64,000 nt of DNA from the human T2T-CHM13v2.0 reference genome, Homo sapiens (GCF_009914755.1 NC_060948.1); one strand, 5' to 3'; counted from the first letter of the stretch, positions 1-15,056 are shown. Numbers and translations: made by a program. The notes: generated by a model not told the origin, from the letters alone.

Positions 1-499
1 CAGGAAACAAGAAATTTCCAAAGGAAAGTCTGGTGTGAGTTTATTGGTTAGGGGTGGGAGGGATGGGGAGGGTGTTGGTGGAGAAAGGAAACACTGACCA
101 ATTATCTGAGAGTTTTGGTCCTGTGAAAAGTGTAATTGAGACTGTTAGAGAGTGTTGAAAGAATTATCAAATGGTACACAAAAGACTGGAATAAAAACAA
201 AGGCAACTGACAACTCCAGGAGAATGCAAAAAGTATATAAGAAAGAAATGATTACTGCTCAGTAGTGCCCATTTATAATATTGTGAAAATACATGTGTAA
301 TATATGATATAGCCAAAACCAGGTTATATGAGAATATTGAAAACTTACCATTGAAAATGGGAAGGTCAGTACAGAATTGGCCGTGGGAATATAGAAAAAC
401 AAAAGTCCTTACTGTATGTATGAAAATCAGTAAGTGGTATCGAAAATCGATTTCTTAATTGGAGTATCATCAGCAAATTATTTAGAAACATAGAAGTTT

Positions 500-800
500 G
501 GCTGGGTGTGGTGGCTCATGCCTGTAGTGTCAACATTTTGGGAGGCCAGAGGGGGAAGATTGCTTGAGCTGAGGAGTTTGAGACTAGCCTTGACAACACA
601 GTGAGACCATGTCTCTAAAAAAAATTTTTTTAATTAGCCTAGTATGATGGCATGCCCCTGTGGTCCCAACTACACAGGAAGCCGAGAGGGGGGACTGGTT
701 GAGTCCAGGAAGTCAAGGATGCGGTGAGCTATTACAGTGCCACTGCTTTCCAGCCTGCGTGACGGTGAGACCCTGTCTCCAAACAAACAAACAAACAAAC
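500..800 (+). mobile_element. Alu (old, AluJ-like) with (AAAC)n tail
   Basis: Dimeric Alu motifs with A-rich linker. Confidence 0.9.
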
Positions 801-1016
801 CATGGAAGTCTATATACAGGGAACACCACCATCACCAAAAATAGTTCTAAGATTTGAAAGTGGTTGCTTTGGGAAGTGAAAATGGGGATAGATGATGCTG
901 AAAGACTTGTAATTAATAAAAGGAGTCTTTTTGCTTCACCTGCACTTACTTTTTAAAACTTTATATGTGTATTACTTTGTGAAGAATAAAGTGCTTTGAA
1001 AAATAAAAGTGTAGAG

Positions 1017-1388
1017 CAGGGATTGCCAACCCTTTGAAAAATAAAAGTATAGAGCAGGTACTGGCCTATGGCCTGTTAGGAACCAGGCTGCACAACAGGA
1101 GGTGAGCTGCATGTGGGCCAGTGAGCTAGTGAGCGATTACCACTTTAACTCTGCCTCCTGTCAGAGCAGCAGCAGCATTAGATTCTTATAGGAGTGTGAA
1201 CCCTATTGCAAACTGTATGTGTGAGGGATCTAAGTGTCATGCTCCTTATGAGAATGTAACTAATGCCTGATGATCTGAGGTGGAACACTTTCATCCTGAA
1301 ACCTCCCCCTGCCCACCACCCCCTGTTGGTGGAAAAAATTGTCTTCCACAAAACCAGTCCCTGGTGCCAAAAAGGTTGGGCACCGCTG
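1017..1388 (+). mobile_element. MER1B-like hAT-Charlie DNA transposon
   Basis: Termini CAGGGATTGCCAACC...GGTTGGGCACCGCTG; internal GGCCTGTTAGGAACC and GCATTAGATTCTTATAGGAG. Confidence 0.8.
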
Positions 1389-1429
1389 GTATATGGTATA
1401 CCCTCTGTAGAATTGTAGAATTGTAGAAA

Positions 1430-1552
1430 TTTTGGCAGATGCTAACCTAGATGCCGGTGGCATTCCTCCCTGAATCCTGACAACTAAAAATGTTTCTAGA
1501 CATTGCCCTGTGTCTCTTGGGGGTCAAAATCTCCTCTCTTTTAGAACCACTG
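1430..1552 (-). mobile_element. MER20 fragment
   Basis: AAAATGTTTCTAGACATTGCC...AGAACCACTG is the reverse complement of the MER20 5' part. Confidence 0.65.
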
Positions 1553-3216
1553 ATTTCAAGGATTTTAAAGTGCATTACTAAATACACATCAATATATAAT
1601 AAACATGCTGTTTGATATTGGTAATACAGGAAACAGTAGCTTCTTTTTATAGAACTTGAACCCTGGAGCAAATGAAGTGGTTCAGAATCCTCTGGCACTA
1701 TAGTACCATTGATGCTTATACTGGTACATATATTAGTCAGAGTCTGGCTTTATGCCCGACTAACTCAGGGTTTACTAAGAAAGGAAAAGGGATCAGGAGG
1801 AACCCACAGCTTCTCTGTCATGATTCGTGGCTTCCAAAAACGTATTTTAGGTGTCTCATGTTGCTTTTATGGTACAACTTCTCTAGAGTTGAAAATATTA
1901 ATCATTATGGCAAAAATATTGCACCTTTTATATGTATTCCAGTGCTCGGTTGGCTGCAGGACAAATCGTTTTCCCTCCAGAGTTGTTTTGTAAGTTCTTT
2001 GTTATGTGTTTTCCTCTAGAATTTACACAGGAAATCAACAGGAAAATGGTATCCCAGACTTTTTGATGTGGATGAAACCTCATAAATAGTGTAAAACCTT
2101 CATTTCACAGCCGAGGAAACTAGTCCAGGGAGGGTTTCTTACAAATAAGTGGAAGCACAATGGGGCCTGGAACTCTGTTCTTCTGTTTTGTGCTTTCCTT
2201 TTAAAATATCACACGTGTGTCCAGTAATGCTGGAGGAGCAAGATAAAATGGGGAAGGGCTAGGGCATCTGATGCATCATGGGAGTTTGTTAGGATTTTCA
2301 CACCGTTACAAGTTCTCAGCATCCTCTGCAAGGGGTGTATGCCCTTAATAAGCTTAGAGAAAATGGCAAAGAGAGGCAGGAAATGTAGTTTCCATGATCT
2401 TTCTATGAGCTGCCCCTGTACCTCACTACCTTATGGCCCAGAACTGGGTGGGGGGTGTAGGCTGGTGCATTAGCATGTCTGACAGGGAAGACCCTGGCTT
2501 CCCGGTCTTGTAACTCTTGTTACTAGGGCACTTGTGGAGCCAGCGTGCACTGCCCCTGCGGCTGTTCTTAAAGCAGTGGCCAGAAGAGTGAAATTGGCCT
2601 GTACTGGTTGGGTGCGGAGCTGCTTCTTCACGGGTCCCTATGTTCTGACTGTCCTGTCCCCTCCCCTGGGATCAACCCTCCTCACCCCAGATGGTTCAGC
2701 CTATGAGGGTTAATGTCTGCCCCAGCTTAGGGGATGCTGGTGTCCCACCCAAGTCGGTTGTTCAGTATAGACAGTGCCATCTGCAGTCTGCAGGGCCGTC
2801 TTGCCCAGGTGGCCCCTTCTTCTGTTGGCTGGATGGGGCACTCTGTTCTGACCACCTTCTGTCTCCTTCCAGGCCACATCCTTTTTCCTGAGCACTGAGA
2901 GCATCACCCCACATTTTTAGAAACCTCAGCACCTCTATCTTACCCCATCCATTGCCTTTGGTACCACTCGAACCTCTTTCTATTCCTCCTCTCCTAAGTT
3001 CTCAGGCCAACCCAAGTGCCAGCTACCCCCTGTAGGTTTCCTCCACTGGGACAATGTTACACAAATATGAAAACAGGACTTTCTTCAAAGAAAATTCACA
3101 AAGGACCCACATATTTTGCTGCTGTTGTGGGGTTCAGTCTGGTTTGTTACCTGAGGCCTGCCAACAGAGAGACTGTGCAGTGGACACACCTGTGTGGTTT
3201 CAGAATGACTTCTCTG

Positions 3217-3345
3217 TGCTGGGCCCAGTGGCTCTTGCCTCTTTTACCAGCACTTTGGGAGGTCTAGGCAGAAGGATCCGTTGGGCCCAAGAATTTGAGA
3301 ACAGGCTCAGCAACATAGTGAGACTCCGTCTCTTAAAAAAATTAT
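3217..3345 (+). mobile_element. Alu left monomer / FLAM
   Basis: CAGCACTTTGGGAGG...CAACATAGTGAGACTCCGTCTC followed by an A tail. Confidence 0.8.
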
Positions 3346-3654
3346 AAAAGAATGCCTCTCCACTTCTGCTTCCTCATTGTAAGCTGACATCACTGTAGGG
3401 TTTGCATGCATTGCTGTCCCTGGAGGTCTCTCTGGTTGGCTCCATGCTTGTCCAGGGCGTGAGTTTGCTCTATCTCAGCATGCTCTGGTGGTCAGCATGC
3501 TGTCCATTTTGAGCATTTTGTGACATTTGTCACCAGCAGCCAGCAGCAGGACAGGGCGCCAGCCTGAATTTCCTCCTTTCTTGTGGGCACTTCTCTCTCT
3601 GGCTGGCTGCTCCTCCTCCTCTCAGGGTTTTATCCTTGGCTTACAGTTTTGACC

Positions 3655-3862
3655 AGTGGTTCTCAACAGTGATTGTGCCATCTCAGGGACATTTGGAAAT
3701 GCCTGGGGGACATTTCTGGCTGTGATAGCTGGAGAGGGAGGTGCTACTGACATTCGGTGGGTGAAGCCCTGGGATACTTCTTACCTCCTCCAGTGCACAG
3801 GACGGGCCACCACAGAGGACTATGTGGTGCAATGTCAGGAGTGTCGATGCTGAGAAGCCTGC
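3655..3862 (+). mobile_element. MER20
   Basis: CAGTGGTTCTCAAC...GGGACATTTGG...TGCACAGGAC...TGAGAAGCCTG. Confidence 0.75.
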
Positions 3863-4568
3863 ATTGTATGCTCATGCACGGGCCCATAACTTTCAGATGG
3901 TGCTTATACGAACACCCACAGACTTGCCTCCGTATCTGTGAACCAGATTTGTATATTTACCTAGATGACACCCCACTTGGAGACGGAATGGACATTTCAA
4001 AGTCAGTAGCCACACAGGAGTCTCTTCAGCCTTCCTGCATCCCAGGGGTGGCAACACGCTGTGAGTTGTCTTTTTCTATCCCCAAACCTAGGAGTTCTCC
4101 TTGGTGCCCCCTTCATGGGTCCCTCAGTTTCATCAAACACCTTAGGATCCTGTAGATTCCTGTTCCTCTCATCTCCACTGCTAGCCAGCCAGCATCATTT
4201 CTCTTCTGAGCAAAGCTTCACTGGGTTTTGTTCTAGATGTGACAGGAAGCTCTTGTGGGAGTTTTAAGCAGAAAAATGGTCAGATTTCCTTTTTAAGTTA
4301 AGCCTGATGATGGGTGAGGAAGAGGTTATAGGGTGCGGGGTGTGTGTAGGACCTAACTCCTTTCCACGGGCTGCAAAATCTTCTGTGCTTGGGATCTGCC
4401 ACCCCCTGCTTCTGTCGTCATGCCCACTGGTCTTCCACCCTTGGGCCCAGTTCATTCTTACCACAGGATATTTGCACTTGTTTCGTCTGCAGCCTGGTCT
4501 CTCTCACCCCATCCAAGAACTCCCTCTTCAGAGAGCTCCACCCCAACCCCCCATTTAAAGCAAACTCC

Positions 4569-4868
4569 AGCCAGGTGCTGTAGCTCATGCCTCTAATCCC
4601 AACACTTTGGGAGGCTGAGGTGGGAGCATCACTTGAGGCCAGGAGTTCAAGACCAGCTCAACATAGTGAGACTCCCCACCTCATCTCTACCAAAAATTTA
4701 AAAATGAGCCAGGTATGGTGGGGTCTGCCTGTAGTCCCAGCTACTTGGGAGGCTGAGTGGGGAGGATTGCTTAAGTTTGCTCGTTCAAGGGTGAAGTGAG
4801 CTCTGATCACACCATTGTACTCTAGCCTGGGCATCAAAGCCAAACCCTGTCTCTGAAACAAAACCAAA
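4569..4868 (+). mobile_element. Alu (AluJ-like)
   Basis: Dimeric Alu. Confidence 0.9.
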
Positions 4869-5147
4869 CAGAGCAGAACCAGGTTGTTTTGGCAGCATCT
4901 GATGTAGCATGGCTTGTGAGCAGGCCTCTGCGGAGGCATCTTTCTTCAGTCTAGTGTCTGTGTGGCCGCCAGTCTGAGTAGAGAGAATCCTGACGTCCAT
5001 AGGATGGGTCCTAGAAGTTGACATCTCGGTGGGTTTTTTTTTTTTACCCACTTTACAATGACACCTGGAGCTCTTTGAATTAAGAGCATCCTTTCAGACC
5101 ACTTTCAGTGAAAAATCTTCTATTTCTGGAATGAACGTCTTTTGAAT

Positions 5148-5469
5148 ATGTCCTGATAAACCCATCATAATTTGAAAGTACTAAAGTCAAAAATGCATTC
5201 AATACACCTCACCTACCAAACATCATACCCTACCTTAAACTCGTTCTGAACACTTACATTTGCCCACAGTTGGGCGAAATCATCCAACACAAAGCCCACT
5301 TTATAGTGTTATCTCATAAAATACATTGAATACTACTGTACTGAAAGTCAGAACCAGTATGGTTGCATGGGTACTTGAGGTATGGTTTTTGCTGAATGAG
5401 TGTGACTTTTGCACCATCTTAAAGTTGAAAAATGCTAAGTCAGGTCATTGTAAGTCGGGGACCATTTGT
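5148..5469 (+). mobile_element. MER47A-like Tigger-derived DNA transposon
   Basis: GATAAACCCATC...AAAATGCATTCAATACACC...GTAAGTCGGGGACC. Confidence 0.7.
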
Positions 5470-5625
5470 CTAAGTTATGTGGAATTGACAACACGTATAG
5501 ATTCATACACCCGCCACCATAATCCAGGTGCAGAACTATTCCGTAACTACAGGGAAACTTCCTTATGCCACTCCTCTAACTGTTCGCAGCCACTGTATTG
5601 TCTACCTCTGTAATTTTGTCATTTC

Positions 5626-5936
5626 TTTTTTTTTTTTTTTCTCTTTGAGATGGAGTTCTTCCTCTGTTGCCCAGGCTGGAGTTCAGTGGCATGATATCAG
5701 CTCACTGCAACCTCTGCCTCCTGGGCTCTAGAATTTTCCTGCCTCAGCCTCCCTAGTAGCTGGGATTAGAGGCGCCCACCACCACACCTGTTAATTTCTG
5801 TATTTTTAGTACAAACAGGGTCTTGCCATGTTGGCCAGGCTGGTCAGGCTGGTCTTGAACTCCTGACCTCAGGTGATCTGCCTGCTTCAGCCTCCCAAAC
5901 TTCTAAGAGGACAGGTGTGAGCCACCGTACCCAGCC
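5626..5936 (-). mobile_element. AluS inserted in an old antisense L1M fragment (~5480-6160)
   Basis: Poly-T then reverse Alu; AT(T)TTGTCATTTC on both sides behaves as a TSD. Confidence 0.88.
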
Positions 5937-6706
5937 AATATTGTCATTTCAAGCGTGTTAGGTAAATGGAATCATACAGCATATGGTCTTCAGACTGCCT
6001 TCATCCACTCATCCTGATGTGTGAGATCCATCCCAGTTATGCAGATCGATAGCTCGATCCTTTTTCTTTCTGAGTGGCTTTTCATGGCATGGACGTACCC
6101 AGGTCGATTTCTCCATTTTCTCATGGAAGGGTGTTTGGGTTGTTTCCAGTTTGAGGCTGTAAACACCTGGGGAGAGGTTTTGGTGCAGATCAGATGCTGC
6201 TCGAAGCCCTCATTTATTGTTCTTGCAGCCCTGTGTGTGTGTTGGGGTGGAGGTGGCTAGTGGTAGGCTTTCTCCCAAGCAGTGCATGTGTTGGGTAGAT
6301 GCCAGGACTGTTGCAGGCAGTGTAATCTCTAGGAACAGGTTTATGCATGGACCTGGGCAACTGGGGAGCACAAACTCAGAACCACACCCATCAGGAGGGA
6401 TTGACCTGAGTAATGTGCTGATGCATGTCATTAAGACAGTGACAGATACCTTGCTTGGATGAATAATTGGAATTCATGTCAACCATGTGGACTTTCCCAT
6501 AATTTAAAGCCAATTTGCATGTTTTTTGGGCTCATACTTTTTTCATTAATTACATGTAAACTTGGGATAAACACCTTTCTTGACTTTCTGTTAAAAAAAT
6601 TACAGTTCTTAAAATTATAAGCTTGTATAACATGGGATGGTCAGTTTTTAGAAAATCTAGTTCTTTGATCTTTGAAAAACACTACATAAAAAACAGAAAA
6701 GACTCC

Positions 6707-7040
<334 letters not shown>

Positions 7041-7294
7041 CTATCCTTATTTTATGAGGCCTTGATTTTTAAATGTGCCCAGTGTTCATTTGAATCTGCC
7101 CATCAGTTAGTCTTTTCCTGATGTCTCAGAGAAACATGCATGGTGTATGGAATGTCTTGGGTGACCAAGAGTGGCACCTTCAAGAGGACTGCCCTGTGAA
7201 TATGGCCCCACATTCGGCTCTTGGGCACTTGAAAAGTGTGGCCATTGTGACTGAGAAACAGAATTGTGAATGTTACTTAATTTGCATGTGTTTA

Positions 7295-7545
<251 letters not shown>

Positions 7546-7730
7546 TCAAAAATGTGACCAGCGGCTACTCTTCTTGGACAGAGCAGACCGATAAACAGTC
7601 TGGCTTGATGGATGAGGGTGGGGAGTTCCGCAGTTCTCGTAGGAGGCATAGTGAGCTTCTGTAAGAGCCAGCCTTACCTGGGTTTGATTTTAGATGCCTG
7701 AAAACACTGATACCGAATTCCTTTAGAATA

Positions 7731-7932
7731 GCGCTTCTCAAAGTGGGTGACTTTGTATCCTTCCCATCCCACAAGGGACATCTCACAGTGTCTGGAGGCA
7801 TATTTTTGTGGTGACAGTGGGTATTACTGGCATCTAATGAGTAGAGGTGGGGCTCAACATTTCACAGTGCACAGGACAGCCTCATAAAAAGAAATCATCC
7901 AGCGCCAGATACACCGTGGTGGAGGAGCCCTG
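7731..7932 (+). mobile_element. MER20
   Basis: GGGACAT...GTGTCTGGAGGCATATTTTTG...ACTGGCATCTA...TGCACAGGACAGCC. Confidence 0.7.
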
Positions 7933-8486
7933 CTTTCTATTCCCAAGGCTGGTACAGTCCTAACATATGATGTGGACAGTGCAGACCCAGCTTTTTATAA
8001 GTGAAGAGATGGCACTTGAGCAGTCGTGCAGCCTGGCAGTGCCAAGGGCAGGACAGTAGGTCAGGTCTGACTCCGTGTAGCTTCTCAGGCAGTGTTCTCT
8101 TCTTCCCTCTGCGACTCTAATTTGTATTAAGGGTAAAAATATGAAGTTGATGCTTGTCATGAATCACACAGCAGCAATCTTTCATGCTTTGGTCTAATAA
8201 CTTTATTGTTAAGAGAGAAACAGAAAACTCTTTGCCTCTGCACTTTCTCCAAAATTGAATTTAGGGAAAGCTGACCCTAGACCATGCATGCCCTTTCTAC
8301 CAGCATTGCTATGGGTTCCACTAATGGGAGATTGATGAGGAAGTGGGGATGACCGTGCTGTACAGAAGTGCTGTCATCACTTTTATGCTTGCTTTTTTAC
8401 CCCATGATAATTAGAAAGCATTTACAAAGTTCCTGTTCCTCTTTTGTAAATCATCCTTGTTAAGTGCTGAGGTGAAAGTTTTAATT

Positions 8487-8600
8487 TTTTTTCCTTCTTG
8501 GAGACAGGGTCTTACTCTGTTGCCCAAACTGGAGTGCAGTGGTGCAATCATTGCTCACTGCAGCCTTGAGCTATTGGGCTTAAGTGATTTTTCCAACCCA
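8487..8600 (-). mobile_element. Partial Alu
   Basis: GAGACAGGGTCTTACTCTGTTGCCC...GCTCACTGCAGCC. Confidence 0.8.
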
Positions 8601-8772
8601 GAATCTTAAAATGCCAACAGTAACCCCCCACACAGAATGCTGCCATTTAAAGGTGGCACTGGTATTGAGAAGCACACATTGTCAGTGTCACCAACTTTGC
8701 CAGGCGTGAGCCTAGAGAAAGGAGCATGTGGGGAGACAGAAAGTGGCAGTAGAGCTCTGTCAACAGCACTGA

Positions 8773-9322
<550 letters not shown>

Positions 9323-9729
9323 TGAGCACTTTTCCTCCTGGTGGCATTAATTGGGAATGGCAATGAAAGCCCACTTCTTCACAGTCCTTTGGCCCACATG
9401 CATTTCCAGCTGCTCAGTGGCCAGACTGGATTCTAAATGCCAAAAGCTACAGACACTGACAGAGTGCTTTTGAAAAGAAATAATGCATGAAATACTCCAA
9501 ATTTATGGGAAATATTTATACCCAGAAGTCTTTGAGCCAAGTTTGTCCTTTAGGAACAGTGCTGCCAGACAACCATCAGCATGGCTCACTCCTGGTGGTG
9601 CAAGGATATTCTTCTTAGATGTGAGCTCTGATGTTCTACTGACATGTGTGCCCAAGAAAGCAGGGATGAGACAGCCCATAACCCTGGCTCCAGTATTGTT
9701 AAGGATGGCCCCTGATTGGGTTTCATGCA

Positions 9730-10110
9730 TTAGTCACTGTCCTTGTTTGTTAATGGGCTGAGTTGGGTCCACTTCAACGGAGATGTATTTAAATACATCC
9801 CAACCTTTTGGATCTTGGACTGTGAGCTTATTTGGAGGTGGGATCTTAACCAACTTAAAGGGAGGGTGAGTGGCATCCTTAGAAAAGGAGAAAATTTGGA
9901 CACGCTCATACAGGGAAAAGGCCATGTGAACAGCCACCTCCAAGCCAAGGAGACAGAACTGATTCTCCCTCACCACCTTTAGAAGGAACTAACCCTACCA
10001 GTGCGTTGATCTCTGAATTCTGTATTCCAGAACTGTGAGAGAGTAAGTGTTGGTTAAGCCACCCCACTTGTGGTACTTTGTTTTGGTGGGCCTATGAAAC
10101 TCACCCAGTG
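9730..10110 (+). mobile_element. MLT1 (MaLR) LTR
   Basis: CTTATTTGGA...GGCCATGTGAA...CAAGCCAAGGA...CCAGAACTGTGAGA...TTAAGCCACCC. Confidence 0.7.
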
Positions 10111-10470
10111 TTACTAGTCTTTTACATATATTTCGGTCCATGAAATGCAGCCAGCATGGCAATGCCTCAACTTACAGAAATGGAGAAGGGAAAGAATATT
10201 GTGCTTCAGCTAGTTTTCTCGTTACCCAGAAAAGAAAAAAATCTGACCTCTGAAACCTTGGGGAATGTCTTCTTAAGATGCCAGAGCCCATATGTCTGCC
10301 TAGTCCATGCAGAGCCTGTACTTCTGCCTGGTCCAGGTGTATGCCACACTGGGCATCACCTCTCTCTGCCCAAGTGGCACTGGACGATGTCCAAGTCTGG
10401 TCAGATCTGGATGGGTTTGATAAATAGCTCATGCTGTTTCTGGTCAGTGAAGAAAGAGGAAGCCCAAGCC

Positions 10471-10901
10471 ATGTGCGTAAGTTTGCTCTGGCTGCCATAA
10501 CAAAGTTCCTCTAAGGCTAAAAGAGAAGTCCAAAATCAAAGTATTAGGAAGCAGCCCTCCTGAGGGCTATGAGGCAAGATCTGTTCCGTGCCTGTCTCCT
10601 AGCTTCTGGTGGTTGCTGGCAGGCTTTGGTGTCCCTTGGCTTGTAGCTGCATGATGCATATCTCTGCCTTCATTTCCACATGGCCTTCTTCCTGTGTGCA
10701 CCTCTGTGTCCAAATTTCCCTTTGTATAAGGACACCAGTCATATTGGCTTAGAGCTCTGACCTAAGCCTATCTTAGATCAGACCTATCTTAACCAGTTTA
10801 CATCTGCAAAGACCCTATTTCCCAATAAGGATTCACTCTCAGGAGCCAGGTATTAGGATTTCAGTATACCCCTTGGGAGGAGCACTCTTGAACCCGTAAC
10901 A
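10471..10901 (-). mobile_element. MLT1 (MaLR) LTR
   Basis: GCTGCCATAACAAAGT...GAAGTCCAAAATCAA...CTGCAAAGACCCTATTTCC. Confidence 0.75.
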
Positions 10902-11517
10902 CCATCAATTGAAAGGTTCTGCTTTCTCCCCATAAACATTGCTGCCAGATTAGGAAAAGCTGCCAGGGTGCACTTGGTGGAGGAGGGTCTCTCTCAGCAG
11001 GGCACGGTCATTGCAGTGAAAAGGAGAGAGAAACAGAGGCACACAAAAGCAGATGGATTTCCTTGGTAGTGGTGACTAGCCTGGAGTTAGCGCCTCTCAT
11101 TTTACATTTCTGGGACATCCCCTGACTCTTTTATTCTGCTCTTCGCTCTTTTCCATCCCTCTGGCCCGCAGATGGGCAGGAAGGAATCCCAGTAAATGAG
11201 TTCCTTGGAATTGCAACTTGGCCTGGGACCGTGTCTTTATTTTAGATAGAAATATTGACAATTTCTGTTTATGAAAACTCAAAGGCATAATTGCAACATG
11301 ATTTTTTCTTCCTTTTCTCATTATTTCATCCAATTGCTGTCTTTTTGAGAGGAGATTAGGAGCACAGTGATACTCTATACTGTGTACAGCTGTCATATAT
11401 AGAACTGTCTACAATGGCTCACGTTACCATTAAACTTCAGTTATGTGACATCAAGGTTATGAAACGTAAAATGAATGATGACTAGGTAGAAATCCTGGCT
11501 GTGTCCTCCAAGTTCCT

Positions 11518-11519
11518 TT

Positions 11520-11589
<70 letters not shown>
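11518..11589 (+). repeat. (TTTC)18 microsatellite, Y-STR DYS570
   Basis: Perfect 72-bp TTTC array; flanks GAACTGTCTACAATGGCTCACG (11402) and TGTCTGGTTTCTTGACTATGCTGA (~11638) match DYS570 primer sites as I recall them. Confidence 0.88.
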
Positions 11590-11591
<2 letters not shown>

Positions 11592-11703
11592 TTTGTAGAT
11601 AGGGAATATCTGCATTTCAGCTTAGGTTGCCACCAGTTGTCTGGTTTCTTGACTATGCTGAATAATTTTCACCCACACCTTGCATCCCTTAGAAGCCCTT
11701 CTT

Positions 11704-12023
11704 TTTTAAAAAAAAAAAATTTAACTTAATTTTATTTTAAGTCCCAAGATGTGCAGGACATTCAGGCTTTTTACATAGGTAAATGTGTGCCATGGTCATT
11801 TGCTGCATCTATCAACCCATCACCTAGGTATTAAGCCCAGCATGCAATAGCTATTTGTCCTGATGCTCTCCCTCCCCCCACACCCCTACACCAGCCCCCA
11901 ATGTGTGATGTTACCCTCCCTGTGTCTGTGTGTTCTCATTCTTCAGCTCCTACTTATGAGTGAGAACATGCAGTGTTTGTTTTTCTGTTCTTGTGTTAGT
12001 TTGCTGAAGATCATGACTTCCAG
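11704..12023 (-). mobile_element. 5'-truncated L1PA 3' end with 13-bp TSD
   Basis: Antisense L1 3'UTR; AGAAGCCCTTCTT at 11691-11703 and 12024-12036. Confidence 0.85.
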
Positions 12024-13227
12024 AGAAGCCCTTCTTGATTCTGAGATGGAGGCTCAGAAGGCTTTGTCATGGGAGGTTATGAATTAGGAAACATGAAAAT
12101 CAGATCAACAACAGTGGCTGGTCCTGGCTGCAGGGTTCTTCTGCTTGGAGTAGCTTGAAGTTGAATGTTAATGTACGTATTTAAATGGCCATTGCTTAAT
12201 TAGGTAAAGTGAACAGGTGATTTTCTCACACTAAATGGATGATGAGTATTGGTTAGCATTGTCTAAAATTTCTCTATCTTTTGACCATATACAAATACAT
12301 TAAATTTTACTTCTTATGCTATATATGCTGTCTTAATAAATGATGATGGACTGAGTTTTCTCCCTTTTGGAAATGTAAGGAAAGTCTCAATGATTTTAAG
12401 TATCTTATATTTTATAATAGCGATAGAATGTAGAATTCCTAAAAAATCAAACTGAGTTCTTGATTAAATATTGAAATGCTTGTCTTCATCCACCTGGGAG
12501 CAGTCACTGTGAATGAGAAGCCCCAGTGCATAAATCATTGAATGATATATTGGAGAAGTCTCCAAGTAAAGGAAGATTTGTTTACTTTTCAGACATCTGG
12601 AAGGTGAGCCTCAAAGCAGGTGAATGGCTGGCTCTCGGATTCAGGCTTCCCTGAAGTATATCTTTCTCCTTTAAAATAAGCCACGACACAATTTTTAATT
12701 AATTATTCAGGAGGAGTCATTAATGCGAATGGAGAAAGAGCTCATTATAGTAATGTTTTCACATGCGTTCTGTGGTTTGGTGCCACAGGCTCCTCGGGTC
12801 CCGGCTAAACTGTTGTTCCAGGATCTGTTTTATTGATGTGAAACCCACTCACCACCTTTTTTTAGAATTATTTGTTTTAGAATAATTACCTAGTGATTTC
12901 ATACACAATAACAATTGTACTCTTTTAAAAGATCTGTAAATGCATGTATGCTCATGTGTATAGATAACTGTTGCATATACAAATGTGCTTTTTTATATGT
13001 GTGAATTTGTGGACAATAGTTTTTCATCACTAAAATATCAAGTCCATGAGTTTGGATCTTGTACACTCTCACAGCACATGGAGGGAGACAGTGGGGACAT
13101 GCTGGACCCGGGCTGAGCCTGGTAACCATCTGGAGGGGACTGCAGAGGTTGACACCCAGAGCCAGAGCTCAGCAGAGGGATCTTTTCCTACCTGCAGTTT
13201 CCTTGGAAGAGTAGGGTTCAAGCTTAC

Positions 13228-13623
13228 TGTGTTGGGCTGCTATAGCAACGTTGCCACCAACTGGATGGCCTAATACATGTATGGTCTCCCAGTTTTGGAG
13301 ACCAGAAATGAAGAATCAATGCAGGGCCGAGGAAGATCCAAGGAAAATCCTTCCTGCATGCTCTTGCAGCTCCTGGTGTTGCTGGTGGTCCTTGGCTTGT
13401 GGGCCATCTCTGGCCTCGGTGGGCATGTGACCTCCCTGAGTGTCTCTGTCTTCTTGCAAGGATACCAGTCATGGTAGATTATGGTCCTACCCTGCTGCAG
13501 TGTGTCCTCCTCTTACTTTAACTTACTGCATCTCCAGTGATCCTTTTTGCAAATGAGGTTCTGAGGTGCTGCAGATTAGGACTCCAGCATGTCATTTTTG
13601 TGGACCCAGGTCACCCCATTACA
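13228..13623 (-). mobile_element. MLT1 (MaLR) LTR
   Basis: GGCTGCTATAGCAA...CCTTGGCTTGTGG...AAGGATACCAGTCAT...TTCTGAGGT. Confidence 0.7.
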
Positions 13624-13917
13624 GTAGTTATGTCCCACCCCATCCCATACCACCCTTCTGCCAATTCCCCTGGTGTACTTCAAGCTGGTTACGTGACCAT
13701 ACATGACCCAGGCCCACTGGCCATTAGACACTTTGGCAGGGTGGCTGAAGGAATTCTTTGTGCTGAGTAAAATGAATATGTAACAAGGCAGTACTCTGAG
13801 GGTAGTGTTGTGTGAAAGGGCAATATAGAATCATGGGTCCTGATAAACAGAAGCCTGTTTAGCAGCAAGGTCAAAAGCCAGATGCAGAAGTAGAAATTAA
13901 CTGGGTAGACTTAAAAT

Positions 13918-14230
<313 letters not shown>

Positions 14231-14755
14231 GTAACTTCTCATGTTTGCTGGTTCACAGGTGTAGGGAGATGTCTTTGATGTGTAGATGTCTGAGTTTGCA
14301 GCTCAGGGTAGCTTTGGGTCTGGGACCCTGCTATTGACCAACCACTTGGTGTGCGTGGGCTGTTTTTCCATGTGATGGGACAGGGGAATGCTGTGTACAT
14401 GGCCGCTGTTCCACTTGGAATGTTGGCTGAGCGCTGCTGGCCTGTGTCCCTGGAATCCTCTCTGATTCAGCCATCAAACATTAACTGAGAGGTCACAGCC
14501 ACCAGCAGAGCTTCTGAACCTGGCCCTGTTCTGGCCAGAGGGTCAGGAAGAGAAGACGTTTTGCCCTTGCATTTTCTGTGTCTGGAATCAAAGGTTTTTT
14601 CCACTGAGTCTTGTGTGGTTTTCTTAGAAAGAAATGCTCTCCTGGGAGAGTCTTGGGTGCCAAGTGAAACATCTTTCAAGACCTGTGGCTTTTTTCAGGG
14701 AAATGTTAAACCAAGCAAATGTCTGCTAAGAAGAGTTCTGTATTTGAAAGTTCTT

Positions 14756-15056
<301 letters not shown>

